Source: an uncultured Bacteroidales bacterium
GTDB taxonomy: Bacteria; Bacteroidota; Bacteroidia; Bacteroidales; UBA10428
DNA length: 64,000 nucleotides
Assembly: GCA_964618645.1 (NCBI GenBank)
Contig: CAZUBW010000005.1
Coordinates: 15,870-79,869 of the forward strand
Direction: 5' to 3'
Position 1 is the first letter of the stretch. Every line of letters begins with the position of its first letter. The position numbers were made by a program, and so were the translations under genes. The notes under the pieces are model-generated. The model was not told the origin of the DNA. It ran no database searches and saw only the letters and a program-made list of their open reading frames with translations. This document shows positions 1 through 10,076 of the stretch, piece by piece.

Positions 1-968
1 TTGCACCAGCCGAAAAGCGGGTCGTTCATCCACCGGAGGGAGTCCTCACGGTAATCGTTGTAGCTGTAATAATTTTTTCGTTTGGGCTCCTTGGCCAACA
101 AGGTGCGGCGAATGAATTCCCGGAAGTAGGTGGCAGGGCCTTCGTCATGACTTATCCGCTGGAAACGGGTGCCAAGTGGCAAGCCTTTGAGTGAGTCGGC
201 TATGGCTGATTGCAGGTAACCGTTTTTAACCATCTGGTTGAGTACTACGTTACGCCGACCTTTAACACGGGTACGTTTTACCGAATCGTTCGGGTTGAAA
301 TATCGTGGGTTCTTGGCCATACCCACGAGCATGGCTCCTTCTTCAATGGTCAGCGAGTCGGGTACGGTGCTGAAATATACCTGGGCGGCCGATTTAATGC
401 CAACAGCCTGGTTAAGAAAGTCGCACTGGTTAAAGTATAATGTGATAATTTCTTCTTTGGTGTAGGCTTTTTCGAGCCGTACCGCAATGATCCATTCCTT
501 TGCTTTTTGAAAACCCCTGCCGATTAGTGTTCTGGGAGGTTCGTGAAAAAGATTCTTGGCCAACTGCTGGGTGATGGTACTTCCACCTCCACTGCTGCGT
601 TGCATAAGCAAAACCGTTTTGATTACCATGCGGGCAACCCCTTTGGCATCGATGCCGGAATGGCGGTAAAACCTTTTATCCTCGGTGGCAATGAGTGCAT
701 CTACCAGGTGTTTGGGCAGTTCGTCGTAATCGACGAATGCACGGTTTTGGTTTTTGAAATAAAACGGGCCCAGAATTTTTCCGTCTTCGGAAATTACCTG
801 CGAGGCCAGGTTTATTTTGGGGTTTTCCAATGTCTGAATATCGGGCATATATCCCAGGGCGCCAAGTGCAGCCAGCAACAGCAACAAAGCAAGTATGGCA
901 AAGGGGGTGGAAAAGACAATCCAGAAGTATTTGTTGATCTTTTCCCTGCGGTTATTGGTCTTACTCAT
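1..968 (-). CDS. Class A penicillin-binding protein (PBP1A-type): N-terminal membrane anchor plus GT51 transglycosylase part; the gene continues beyond the left edge
   Basis: My own reverse-complement translation from ATG 968..966 gives MSKTNNRREKINKYFWIVFSTPFAILALLLLLAALGALGY (TM anchor). GT51 motifs follow: LIATEDKRFYRHSGID, GGSTITQQLAKNLF, KAKEWIIAVRLEKAYTKEEIITLYFN, AMLVGMAKNPRYFNP. The frame stays open to base 1. It is missing from the ORF track only because no stop lies inside the window. The + strand ORFs 210..983 are antisense shadows. Confidence 0.88.
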   Translation of the reverse strand, partial: MSKTNNRREKINKYFWIVFSTPFAILALLLLLAALGALGYMPDIQTLENPKINLASQVISEDGKILGPFYFKNQNRAFVDYDELPKHLVDALIATEDKRFYRHSGIDAKGVARMVIKTVLLMQRSSGGGSTITQQLAKNLFHEPPRTLIGRGFQKAKEWIIAVRLEKAYTKEEIITLYFNQCDFLNQAVGIKSAAQVYFSTVPDSLTIEEGAMLVGMAKNPRYFNPNDSVKRTRVKGRRNVVLNQMVKNGYLQSAIADSLKGLPLGTRFQRISHDEGPATYFREFIRRTLLAKEPKRKNYYSYNDYREDSLRWMNDPLFGWC

Positions 969-1070
969 ACAATTTTACAGTGATGAGGGTAAAAGTAGTA
1001 ATAATTTGAATTAAAATTTTGAACTTAGTGCCATTATTGATTTATTTGCACCTTTATAAACGTTTGTGGA

Positions 1071-3383
1071 ATGATAAACAACTTAGTAATTGTAGAATCC
1101 CCGGCCAAGGCCAAAACCATCGAGAAATTCCTGGGCAGGGATTTTACGGTTAAATCGAGCATGGGTCATATCCGTGATCTGGCCAAGGAAGGTTTGGGTG
1201 TTGACATTGATAACAACTTCAAGCCGAAGTATATTGTGCCGGCCGACAAAAAAAAGGTGGTGGCTGACCTGAAAGATTCGGTTAAAAAAGCTGATTTAGT
1301 GTGGCTTGCATCTGATGAGGACCGTGAGGGAGAGGCTATTGCATGGCATCTGGCCGAAGAGCTGAAACTGAAAAAAGAAAAAACACGACGTATTGTTTTT
1401 CACGAAATCACCAAAGATGCCATTATACATGCGGTTGAAAATCCCCGGTATATCGATCAGCATTTGGTAAATGCCCAACAGGCCAGGCGTATACTCGATC
1501 GTCTGGTGGGTTTCGAAATCAGTCCTGTATTGTGGAAAAAGGTTAAGCCGCAACTTTCGGCCGGACGTGTTCAGTCGGTTGCCGTAAGGCTTATCGTGGA
1601 ACGCGAGCGCGAGATCATACACTTTAAGAGCACTTCATCGTACCGGGTTACGGCCCTTTTCGAAGTAGAAAGCAAGGGTAAGGTACAGCAGGTTAAGGCT
1701 GAACTCGACGAGCGGTTTCCCGATCACAAAAAGGCCCTCGAGTTTATTGTGCATTGTAAAAATGCAACCTTTAACATCGCCGACATTGTTAAAAAGCCGG
1801 CCAAAAAGTCGCCTTCCCCGCCGTTTACCACATCAACGTTGCAGCAGGAGGCAAGCCGGAAGCTGGGCTTCTCGGTATCGCAAACCATGACTGTTGCCCA
1901 GCGTTTATACGAGGCCGGTTTGATCACCTACATGAGAACCGACTCGGTTAATCTTTCGGAGACTGCGCTGAATGCCACCGAGGAGATCATTAACAAAGAA
2001 TTCGGAAAGGATTTTGTCCATATCAGGCATTATAAAACCAAAAGCAAGGGAGCACAGGAAGCGCACGAAGCCATCAGACCCACATACCTGAACAAGCAGA
2101 AGATTGATGGCAACAATTCCGAGAAAAGGCTTTATGAACTGATCTGGAAACGCACTGTTGCCTCGCAGATGAGCGACGCCAGGCTGGAAAAGACCACTGT
2201 CACCATTGATGTTTCAGGACGAAAGGAAAAATTTATGGCCGAGGGTGAAGTGATGCTTTTCGAAGGCTTTCTGAAGGTATACCTCGAATCGTCGGACGAT
2301 GAAACCGAGGAAAACGACAGCGCCATGCTGCCGCCACTCGAAAAAGGCATGGTTCTGCCGTATATTGCCATAAATGCCACCGAAAAATTTACGCATTATC
2401 CGCCTCGTTACACCGAGGCCAGCCTGGTGAAAAAACTGGAAGAGCTTGGCATAGGAAGACCTTCAACGTATGCCCCTACCATCAGCACCATTCTTCAGCG
2501 CGGCTATGTTATCAAGGAGGAACGCCAGGGGAAGGAGCGTAACTATAAGGTTATCTCGCTCGATAAAGGGAGTATCAAAGACACGGTGGCCACAGAAATT
2601 ACCGGTGCCGAAAAGGGAAAGCTATTCCCTGATAACATTGGCATGATGGTGAATGATTTTTTGGTAGAGCATTTTCCGGAGGTACTCGACTATAATTTCA
2701 CGGCATCGGTAGAAAAAGAATTCGACGAAATTGCCGATGGAAAAGCCGACTGGGCCGACATGATCAAGCAGTTTTACACGCCCTTCCACAAGAAAATTGA
2801 GGCTACGCTGGCACGCAAGGATGTGACCAAACCCGAACGGTTACTGGGGACCGACCCGGCTTCGGGAAAGCCTGTTTACACCCGCCTGGCACGTTTCGGA
2901 GCGGTAGCCCAGATTGGCGAAACCAATGGCGAGGAAAAGCCGCGTTATGCCCAGCTCAGGGTAGGTCAGAACATAGAGTCGATTACGCTGGAGGAAGCCC
3001 TTGAACTGTTTAAACTGCCCCGTACCATCGGCACTTTCGAAGACAAGGACGTGGTGGTTTCCACAGGTCGCTTTGGACCTTATGTGCTGCACCATTCCAA
3101 GTTTTATTCGTTGCGCCGGGGCGTGGATGACCCTTATACCATTGAGCTCGACCGTGCCATTGAACTGATCAACGAAAAACGCGAAAAGGATAAGAATAAG
3201 GTTATTTCCGTTTTTAAGGAGGATAAGGATCTTTCGGTGCTGAATGGCCGGTGGGGCCCTTATATCAGCTACAAAAAGGAAAATTACAAAATTCCCAAGG
3301 GGACCGATCCCAAGGCACTGAACTATGACGATTGTATGAAAATTGTGGCAGAGGCGCCGGCAAAAAAGAAAAAGAAGAAGTAA
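1071..3383 (+). CDS. topA: DNA topoisomerase I
   Basis: 770 aa. Toprim start LVIVESPAKAKTIEKFLG, acidic DEDREGEAIAWH, active-site tyrosine block GLITYMRTDS, lysine-rich C-terminal tail. Confidence 0.96.
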   Translation: MINNLVIVESPAKAKTIEKFLGRDFTVKSSMGHIRDLAKEGLGVDIDNNFKPKYIVPADKKKVVADLKDSVKKADLVWLASDEDREGEAIAWHLAEELKLKKEKTRRIVFHEITKDAIIHAVENPRYIDQHLVNAQQARRILDRLVGFEISPVLWKKVKPQLSAGRVQSVAVRLIVEREREIIHFKSTSSYRVTALFEVESKGKVQQVKAELDERFPDHKKALEFIVHCKNATFNIADIVKKPAKKSPSPPFTTSTLQQEASRKLGFSVSQTMTVAQRLYEAGLITYMRTDSVNLSETALNATEEIINKEFGKDFVHIRHYKTKSKGAQEAHEAIRPTYLNKQKIDGNNSEKRLYELIWKRTVASQMSDARLEKTTVTIDVSGRKEKFMAEGEVMLFEGFLKVYLESSDDETEENDSAMLPPLEKGMVLPYIAINATEKFTHYPPRYTEASLVKKLEELGIGRPSTYAPTISTILQRGYVIKEERQGKERNYKVISLDKGSIKDTVATEITGAEKGKLFPDNIGMMVNDFLVEHFPEVLDYNFTASVEKEFDEIADGKADWADMIKQFYTPFHKKIEATLARKDVTKPERLLGTDPASGKPVYTRLARFGAVAQIGETNGEEKPRYAQLRVGQNIESITLEEALELFKLPRTIGTFEDKDVVVSTGRFGPYVLHHSKFYSLRRGVDDPYTIELDRAIELINEKREKDKNKVISVFKEDKDLSVLNGRWGPYISYKKENYKIPKGTDPKALNYDDCMKIVAEAPAKKKKKK

Positions 3384-3395
3384 TACCCATCCTTC

Positions 3396-4541
3396 ATGGA
3401 CCTGAATCACTATTTCGATCCGGTTTCGCTTGACAAAGCCGATGACGCAAAAATTCCCGGCGAATTGCAGTTCGGGCGGAACCTGAGGATCCACACTCCC
3501 AGTACGCCCATTGATGAGATCAGCAACTACCAGCTTGCCATACTGGGGGTACCCGAGGAGCGAAATTCGTTCAATAAAGGCGCTGCAGAAACCCCCGACC
3601 ACATAAGGCGTAAGCTGTACGACCTGTTCAGGGTTAACGACAAGCTGCGGATCATCGATCTGGGAAACCTGAAGCATACAGCCGGTGTTGAAGACACATA
3701 TTACGGGCTGCGTGACGTAATGACCGACCTGCTGAATAACCAGGTTACGGCCATTATACTGGGAGGAACCCAGGATATCACCCGGGGGTTGTTCATGGCA
3801 TATGAGCAGCGTTCCGCCAAGGTGAATGTGGTGACCGTTGATGCGCGCATTGACATGGACGAAGCATCGCTACCAGCCGATGGGTGGAACAATACGGTGA
3901 TCAACAGTCCAAAACTATTCCGGTACACAGCACTGGGGCATCAGCAATACCTGGTTAACCCCCTGCATATTGAAACGCTTGAAAAAAGAGGGTTTGACCT
4001 GGTACGGCTGGGCGCCTTACGAAATAATATCGTGGTAGCAGAGCCTTTTCTGCGCGATGCTCAACTCGTTAGCTTTGATATGGGGGCTGTGAAGCAGTCC
4101 GAAGCGCCCGGTACACGTTATGCGTCACCCAACGGTTTACTGGCCGAGGAAGCCTGTCAACTGGCCAGGTTTGCCGGGCTGAGCGACCTGGTTTCGTGTT
4201 TTGGTTTGTTTGAGGTGAACAGCAGGTACGACCGCGAAGATCAGAGCAGTCACCTTGCAGCACAGGCCATCTGGTATTTTATCGAGGGATTTGCCCAGCG
4301 CAGAAATGAAAAGCCCGCACAAGGCAGTTCCGATTTCAAGGTGTTTATGGTCAATCACCACGATATGGAGCATGCACTCACTTTTTATAAAAGCCAGGTT
4401 ACCGGCAGGTGGTGGATGGAAATTCCCGATATGAAAAACGGGGGACAGGTGTTGGTGGCCTGTTCACAGGAGGAATATCAGCAGGCCTGTAATCATGATA
4501 TACCGGAGATGTGGTGGAAGGCGTTTCAACGGATTAATTGA
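3396..4541 (+). CDS. Arginase/ureohydrolase-fold protein (formimidoylglutamase-like)
   Basis: 381 aa. Resembles the ~380-aa arginase-family proteins usually annotated as formimidoylglutamase in Bacteroidota (LAILGVPEERNS, IILGGTQDIT, VTVDARIDM). I did not verify the metal-ligand residues. Confidence 0.55.
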   Translation: MDLNHYFDPVSLDKADDAKIPGELQFGRNLRIHTPSTPIDEISNYQLAILGVPEERNSFNKGAAETPDHIRRKLYDLFRVNDKLRIIDLGNLKHTAGVEDTYYGLRDVMTDLLNNQVTAIILGGTQDITRGLFMAYEQRSAKVNVVTVDARIDMDEASLPADGWNNTVINSPKLFRYTALGHQQYLVNPLHIETLEKRGFDLVRLGALRNNIVVAEPFLRDAQLVSFDMGAVKQSEAPGTRYASPNGLLAEEACQLARFAGLSDLVSCFGLFEVNSRYDREDQSSHLAAQAIWYFIEGFAQRRNEKPAQGSSDFKVFMVNHHDMEHALTFYKSQVTGRWWMEIPDMKNGGQVLVACSQEEYQQACNHDIPEMWWKAFQRIN

Positions 4542-4549
4542 GGGGGGGG

Positions 4550-5068
4550 TGCTGGTTGCTGGGTGCTGGGTGCTGGAGGCTGGATACTGGATACTGGATA
4601 CTGGATACTGGATGCTAGATGCTGGATACTGGATGTGCGGGTATTTGGAATTGGGAATTGGGATTTGACTGCTGCTGCCGCTGCTATTGCCACTGGATAC
4701 TGGATGCTAGATGCTGGATACTTGATGTGCGGGTATTTGGAATTGGGAATTGGGATTTGACTGCTACTGCCGCTGCTACTGCCACTGGATACTGGATGCT
4801 GGATGCTGGATGTGCGGGTATTTGGAATTGGGAATTGGGATTTGACTGCTGCTGCCGCTGCTATTGCCACTGGATACTGGATGCTAGATGCTGGATACTT
4901 GATGTGCGGGTATTTGGAATTGGGATTTGACTGCCGCTGCCACTGCCGCTGCCACTGCTGCTGCCGCTTGTCTTGGCTCTTCCTGCTAATTACACAAACG
5001 CTTGCAGATTCCCGCAGACTATTCCTTCATTCCTTCATTCTTTCATTCTTTCATTCTTCATTACGCCG
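4550..5068. repeat. Composite satellite: four copies of an 85-92 bp higher-order unit, each built from (CTGGATR)n + TGTGCGGGTATTTGG + (AATTGGG)n + GATTTGACT + (GCYGCY)n, followed by (TTCATTCY)n
   Basis: Direct reading. The motif GATGTGCGGGTATTTGGAATTGGG recurs near 4633, 4725, 4810 and 4905. CCACTGG unit starts are at 4690, 4782 and 4867. The array begins 9 nt after the stop of the upstream gene and abuts the stop (5061) of the convergent gene. Confidence 0.95.
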
Positions 5069-5435
5069 CTTCTGCATATTCGTGGTAGCGGAATTCGGCT
5101 TTGTCCAGCAAATCTTCATAAATCTGGCCGCTTTCCAGCGCGTCTTCATCATCAGCTTCGTAATGCCAGTTGATAATAAATACCTTAACATCGTCGTTAC
5201 GGTCGATACTCCGGAGCAATTCAAGCAATTTCTTGGAGGAAGCACTGTTTAAATATTCCAGGTTGAGGTCCATTTTAATGACTTCACATTCTAAGGTTTT
5301 AACCCATTCGATAAGCGGGTTGAAGAATTTATTCACATTTTCAGGCAGTGATCTTCCTTCGATAAGCAATCTTCCGTCGGTTGTAAAATGAACTGCAGGG
5401 GTGCTTGTGGTTGGTTCAAGGATGATGTTATCCAT
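5061..5435 (-). CDS. DUF1987 (SiaC-like) small regulatory protein
   Basis: The ORF 5061..5507 is trimmed to the internal start MDNIILEPTTSTPAVHFTTDGRLLIEGRSLPENVNKFFNPLIEWV. That N-terminus and the ~125-aa length match the DUF1987 family as I remember it. Confidence 0.6.
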   Translation of the reverse strand: MDNIILEPTTSTPAVHFTTDGRLLIEGRSLPENVNKFFNPLIEWVKTLECEVIKMDLNLEYLNSASSKKLLELLRSIDRNDDVKVFIINWHYEADDEDALESGQIYEDLLDKAEFRYHEYAEAA

Positions 5436-5549
5436 TTTAATTGAGTTTGTTTTGCCAAGGTTTACGAAAACAGAGAAAATAAGATTGTAACTTATGACGA
5501 ACACCAAAAATTGATTGACTATATTCGTAAACGGTGTAATAAACTACCT

Positions 5550-6212
5550 ATGGCGACAGGAAAACATTCTTTGCAGGTGATCGATCTCACCCATTTGGTG
5601 ACGAATGACATGCCGGTTTTTCCGGGATCGGAATCACCTGAGGTGAACGTTATTGCCACGGTTGATTCTATGGGATATAACGAGAAACAACTACGGTTGT
5701 CTACCCATACCGGCACCCATATCGATTGTCCTTTGCACCTCCTGGCAGGGGGGCTCAGTACTTCCACCCTGCCGGCCGGGAAGTTTGCCGGCCAGGGAAC
5801 TGTAATTGACTGCCGCAATTTACCTGAACCGGTTATCTCAGCATCGTGGCTTAGGCTGCATGAAGCGCAGATCAGTCGTGCTGATTTTGTCATTTTGCAC
5901 ACCGGATGGAGTCGTTTCTGGGGCAGCGAAGCTTACTACGCCGGTTTTCCGGTTCCCGATGCAGCAGGGGCACGATACCTGGCCGGGTTTGCGCTGAAGG
6001 GCGTGGGCATTGACGCCATCAGTTTCGACAAAATTGATTCAGTTGAACTTCCGGCGCATAATGCCTTAATGTCGAAGGAACTGGTACTGATTGAAAACCT
6101 GGCACGGGTGGAGGCGCTTCCGCGTGAAGGATTTTTATTTTGCTGCCTGCCCTTGAAAATTGAAAACGGGGACGGCTCACCAGTGCGGGCTGTGGCACTG
6201 ATCAGTGAATAA
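5550..6212 (+). CDS. Cyclase-family protein (kynurenine formamidase-like)
   Basis: Signature HTGTHIDCPLH (HxGTHxDxPxH) plus GVGIDAIS. The ATG at 5550 (MATGKHSLQVIDLTH) is preferred over the TTG at 5511. Confidence 0.75.
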   Translation: MATGKHSLQVIDLTHLVTNDMPVFPGSESPEVNVIATVDSMGYNEKQLRLSTHTGTHIDCPLHLLAGGLSTSTLPAGKFAGQGTVIDCRNLPEPVISASWLRLHEAQISRADFVILHTGWSRFWGSEAYYAGFPVPDAAGARYLAGFALKGVGIDAISFDKIDSVELPAHNALMSKELVLIENLARVEALPREGFLFCCLPLKIENGDGSPVRAVALISE

Positions 6213-6333
6213 TCAGCACCGGTTAATCCGGTAGTTGCATGAATGGGTTACCAATAAACCCTTAATGTAGTATACACGGTTTCAAGTTTTTTTCTTACCT
6301 TTGTGAGAATTTTTTTAACAGCTGAAGCATTCC

Positions 6334-7152
6334 ATGACAGGGACCAGGGTTCTCTATGTTTCCCAGGAAATCACCCCATACCTTCCGGAATCGGAAATGT
6401 CGGTTATCGCAAGAAATTTGCCGCAGGCCATCCAGGAGAAGGGTAGGGAAATCAGGACGTTTATGCCAAAGTACGGTTGCATCAATGAGCGGAGAAATCA
6501 GCTTCATGAGGTGATCAGGCTTTCGGGCATGAACATAATCATTGACGATACCGATCATCCGCTGATCATTAAGGTGGCATCCATACAGGCTGCCAGGATG
6601 CAGGTTTACTTTATCGACAACGACGATTACTTCCAGCGCAAATACCTGTTCGCCGACGAGAAAGGAATGTTTTTTGACGACAATGACGAAAGGGCTATGT
6701 TTTTTTCACGCGGCGTGCTCGAAACCGTTAAGAAACTTCAGTGGGCCCCTGATATCATTCATTGTCATGGCTGGTTCTCATCCTTGCTGGCATTATACAT
6801 CAGGCGGATGTACGACGATGATCCCATATTCAGGAAATCGAAGGTGGTACTTTCGTTATACAACACTGAATTCGATCAGCCACTTAACAAGGGTTTTGTT
6901 AAAAAACTACGTCTCGATGGCGTTCCCGAAGAAGATTTAAAAATCATTGAAGCCCCCGATTATATCAATTATTGCAAGCTGGTCACAAAAATGGCCGACG
7001 GGATCATCCTCGGAAGCAATGATATTCGTAAGGAAGTGCTCAAGGTTATTGAAAAATCGAAGAAGCCCATGCTACCCTTTCAGAATGGTGACGGATACGT
7101 TGATGCCTATGCTGACTTTTACGACACAGTGCTGAAGGCTTCGCAGGGATAA
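6334..7152 (+). CDS. Short Bacteroidota-type glycogen/starch synthase-like protein (GT5 N-terminal domain only)
   Basis: 272 aa. VLYVSQEITPYLPES, IRTFMPKYGCINERRNQLHEVIRLSG and IHCHGWFSSL match the starch-synthase catalytic-domain N-terminus. Confidence 0.7.
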   Translation: MTGTRVLYVSQEITPYLPESEMSVIARNLPQAIQEKGREIRTFMPKYGCINERRNQLHEVIRLSGMNIIIDDTDHPLIIKVASIQAARMQVYFIDNDDYFQRKYLFADEKGMFFDDNDERAMFFSRGVLETVKKLQWAPDIIHCHGWFSSLLALYIRRMYDDDPIFRKSKVVLSLYNTEFDQPLNKGFVKKLRLDGVPEEDLKIIEAPDYINYCKLVTKMADGIILGSNDIRKEVLKVIEKSKKPMLPFQNGDGYVDAYADFYDTVLKASQG

Positions 7153-7172
7153 ACTTAATTACACCCAGGACT

Positions 7173-9008
7173 ATGTGCGGAATTGTTGGTTACATCGGAT
7201 ATCGTGAAGCTTATCCGGTGCTTATTAATGGATTGAAACGACTGGAATATCGTGGTTATGACTCGGCAGGTATTGCCCTGCTCGATAACGAACCCGCCAT
7301 ATTCAAATGTGTTGGAAAAGTAAGTGACCTGGAGAGCCATATTAACGGCAAGCCCAAAACCGGGCACGTTGGTATTGGCCATACACGCTGGGCCACGCAT
7401 GGCGAGCCCAACGATGTAAACGCGCACCCGCACCAGTCGATGCACGGCAAGTTTATCCTCATACACAACGGCATCATTGAAAATTATGCCGAGCTGAAAG
7501 AAAAGCTGGGTAACCGCGGATATACCTTTTACAGTCAAACCGATTCGGAAGTGCTGGTGAACCTGATTGAGTTTATCTACCAGAAAGGAAAGGTGGATGC
7601 TGAAGTGGCTGTCAGGCTTGCCCTGAACAAAGTGGAAGGCGCTTATGGCATTGTTGTGATGTGCGCCGACGAACCCGATAAGCTCATTGCCGCCCGTAAG
7701 GGAAGTCCGCTGGTTATTGGCGTCGGCAACGACGAGTACTTCCTGGCCTCGGATGCTACCCCAATTGTAGAATACACCAAGAGCGTTATTTACCTGAACG
7801 ACCAGAATGTGGCAGTGATCACCAAGGGTGAACTGGTGCTGAAAACGCTGAAGAACATACCGCTCACACCCAATATCCAGCAGCTGAATATGGACATTGG
7901 CGAAATCGACAAGGGCGGGTACGATCATTTCATGCTGAAGGAAATTTTCGAACAGCCCCGTTCGATACACGATACCTTCCGTGGCAGGGTAAACCTTGCA
8001 GAGCACACCTTACACCTGGGAGGTCTTTATCACGTTATGCCCAAAATAGTTGATGCCAAAAGGATCATCATCATCGGATGCGGAACATCGTGGCACGCGG
8101 GGTTGGTGGGGGAATACCTGTTTGAAGACCTGGCCCGCATATCGGTGGAGGTGGAATATGCCTCGGAATTTCGCTACCGCCATCCCATTATTAACAAGGG
8201 CGATGTGGTAATCGCCATCAGCCAGAGCGGGGAAACGGCAGATACGCTGGCGGCCATAAGACTGGCCAAGGAAGCCGGCGCACTGGTGTTGGGTATTTGC
8301 AACGTCGTGGGATCGAGCATACCGCGCGAGACCGACGGAGGTGTTTATACCCATGCCGGACCTGAAATTGGCGTGGCTTCCACCAAAGCCTTTACCGCCC
8401 AGGTTACCGTGCTGGCCATGATGGCCATCCAGGTAGGACGAAAGCGTAATGTCCTGACCGAAGATCAGTACCAGCTTTACATTCAGGAGCTTACACAAAT
8501 TCCCGAAAAAATCGATAAAATCCTCAAGCTCGATTCAACCATTCGCAGCCTGGCGGCAAGTTTCAAAGATGTGAACAACTTTTTATACCTGGGACGTGGT
8601 TATCTCTTCCCGGTTGCCCTCGAAGGTGCACTGAAACTGAAGGAAATTTCCTATATCCACGCCGAAGGTTACCCCGCGGCCGAAATGAAACATGGTCCCA
8701 TAGCGCTGATCGACCACCATATGCCTGTGGTGGTGCTGGCGACCAGGGACTCCTCGTACGACAAAATTGTGAGTAATATACAGGAAGTGAAAGCCCGCAA
8801 AGGAATTGTCATCGCTGTTGTCAGCGAAGGCGACACTACCATTACCGGGTTGGCCAACCATACCATTGAAATTCCTGAAACCGAAACGGTGTTTTCGCCC
8901 CTGCTGGCGGTTATCCCCTTACAACTGCTATCGTACCACATTGCCATTATGCGGGGTTGTAACGTAGATCAACCCCGAAATCTGGCCAAGTCGGTAACGG
9001 TGGAATAA
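7173..9008 (+). CDS. glmS: Glutamine--fructose-6-phosphate aminotransferase
   Basis: 611 aa. N-terminal nucleophile MCGIVGY, two SIS domains (GCGTSWHAG, SQSGETADT), canonical C-terminus LAKSVTVE. Confidence 0.97.
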   Translation: MCGIVGYIGYREAYPVLINGLKRLEYRGYDSAGIALLDNEPAIFKCVGKVSDLESHINGKPKTGHVGIGHTRWATHGEPNDVNAHPHQSMHGKFILIHNGIIENYAELKEKLGNRGYTFYSQTDSEVLVNLIEFIYQKGKVDAEVAVRLALNKVEGAYGIVVMCADEPDKLIAARKGSPLVIGVGNDEYFLASDATPIVEYTKSVIYLNDQNVAVITKGELVLKTLKNIPLTPNIQQLNMDIGEIDKGGYDHFMLKEIFEQPRSIHDTFRGRVNLAEHTLHLGGLYHVMPKIVDAKRIIIIGCGTSWHAGLVGEYLFEDLARISVEVEYASEFRYRHPIINKGDVVIAISQSGETADTLAAIRLAKEAGALVLGICNVVGSSIPRETDGGVYTHAGPEIGVASTKAFTAQVTVLAMMAIQVGRKRNVLTEDQYQLYIQELTQIPEKIDKILKLDSTIRSLAASFKDVNNFLYLGRGYLFPVALEGALKLKEISYIHAEGYPAAEMKHGPIALIDHHMPVVVLATRDSSYDKIVSNIQEVKARKGIVIAVVSEGDTTITGLANHTIEIPETETVFSPLLAVIPLQLLSYHIAIMRGCNVDQPRNLAKSVTVE

Positions 9009-10064
9009 TTACCTTTGCTGGTACTGGTTTTCGTAATATTTTTCGTATTCGCCGTTCACCACATGCTGCAACCATAACTCGTTGCTGAGGTACCAGTCTA
9101 CTGTTTTTTCGAGTCCCTGTTCAAAAGTTACGGAAGGTTCCCAACCCAACTCCTGCTTTATTTTTGAGGAATCAATGGCGTACCGCAGGTCGTGCCCGGC
9201 ACGGTCGGTGACGTAAGTGATGAGTTTTTCGGATGTTCCGGCCGGACGATTAAGTTTGGCATCCATTATGTTGCAAAGCAGGCGAATGAGATCGATGTTT
9301 TTCCACTCGTTGTGTCCGCCAATGGCATAAGTTTCTCCCATGCGGCCCTGGTGAAATATCAGGTCGATGGCACGGGCATGATCTTCGACATACAGCCAGT
9401 CGCGTATGTTTTCGCCCGCCCCGTAAACCGGGATGGGTTTCTGCTGTTTGATGTTATTAATGACCAGCGGGATGAGTTTTTCGGGAAACTGGTTCGGGCC
9501 GTAATTGTTGGAACAGTTGGAAATTTTAACCGGCAATCCGTAAGTATTGTGATAGGCCCTGACCAGGTGGTCGGAGCTGGCTTTGGATGCGGAATAGGGG
9601 CTTCGCGGATCATATGCCGTGTTTTCGGTAAAAAGGCCTGTTGCGCCCAGTGAACCAAAGACTTCGTCGGTGGAGATATGGTAGAAAACCTTCTCTTCGA
9701 AGTTGTTTTTCCAGCATTCCCTGGCAGCGTTGAGCAGGTTAACAGTACCGATGATGTTGGTATGGATGAATTCGAGCGGGTTGGTGATCGACCGGTCGAC
9801 ATGCGATTCGGCAGCCAGGTGAACTACACCGTCAAAAGCATATTCCCTGAAAAGACTTGTAATTTCATCGAGGTTGGTAATGTCGGCCCTGATGAAGCGG
9901 TAACCGGGCATCTGGTCCACATCACTTAGGTTTTCGAGATTCCCCGCGTAAGTGAGCTTATCAAGGTTATAAATGGTATAATCCGGATAATTGCGGATGA
10001 ATTGTCTTACCACGTGCGAGCCGATAAATCCTGCACCGCCTGTTATCAATATGCGCTTATTCAT
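9009..10064 (-). CDS. rfbB: dTDP-glucose 4,6-dehydratase
   Basis: 351 aa. GGAGFIGSH Rossmann motif, YSASK catalytic motif, typical RmlB length and C-terminus. Confidence 0.92.
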   Translation of the reverse strand: MNKRILITGGAGFIGSHVVRQFIRNYPDYTIYNLDKLTYAGNLENLSDVDQMPGYRFIRADITNLDEITSLFREYAFDGVVHLAAESHVDRSITNPLEFIHTNIIGTVNLLNAARECWKNNFEEKVFYHISTDEVFGSLGATGLFTENTAYDPRSPYSASKASSDHLVRAYHNTYGLPVKISNCSNNYGPNQFPEKLIPLVINNIKQQKPIPVYGAGENIRDWLYVEDHARAIDLIFHQGRMGETYAIGGHNEWKNIDLIRLLCNIMDAKLNRPAGTSEKLITYVTDRAGHDLRYAIDSSKIKQELGWEPSVTFEQGLEKTVDWYLSNELWLQHVVNGEYEKYYENQYQQR

Positions 10065-10076
10065 GATACCAACCTA

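Noticed and set aside
210-983. Plus-strand ORFs 210..440, 238..465 and 543..983
   Set aside because: They are antisense to the clearly coding PBP1A transglycosylase frame that I translated from the minus strand.
2841-3677. 278-aa minus-strand ORF, and similar long antisense ORFs (7155..8006, 38807..39445, 55525..56157, 56688..57584, 14835..15557)
   Set aside because: Each lies entirely antisense to a confidently identified gene (topA, glmS, DUF2807, citE, citF, GH43). They have low-complexity or Arg/Gly/His-rich composition typical of shadow ORFs.
4550-4960. Possible CRISPR array (regular 85-92 bp periodicity)
   Set aside because: There are no unique spacers, since the entire unit repeats. 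The units are themselves microsatellites. No cas genes or leader are present.
4526-5252. Five overlapping ORFs of 65-149 aa on both strands (4526..4870-, 4563..4760+, 4619..4930+, 4803..5252+, 4973..5173+) with Trp/Ile/Leu/Asp- or Ser/Pro/Ile/Gln-rich repeats
   Set aside because: They exist only because the satellite DNA lacks stop codons in several frames. Multiple frames are open simultaneously, and there are no start context or domain-like features.
5061-5435. DUF1987/SiaC as part of a SiaABCD-like signalling module
   Set aside because: No SiaA phosphatase, SiaB kinase or diguanylate cyclase gene is adjacent. An orphan gene gives no basis for a system-level claim.
7153-7172. glmS ribozyme/riboswitch upstream of glmS
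   Set aside because: Only about 20 nt separate glmS from the preceding gene, which is far too short. The ribozyme is also not expected in this phylum.
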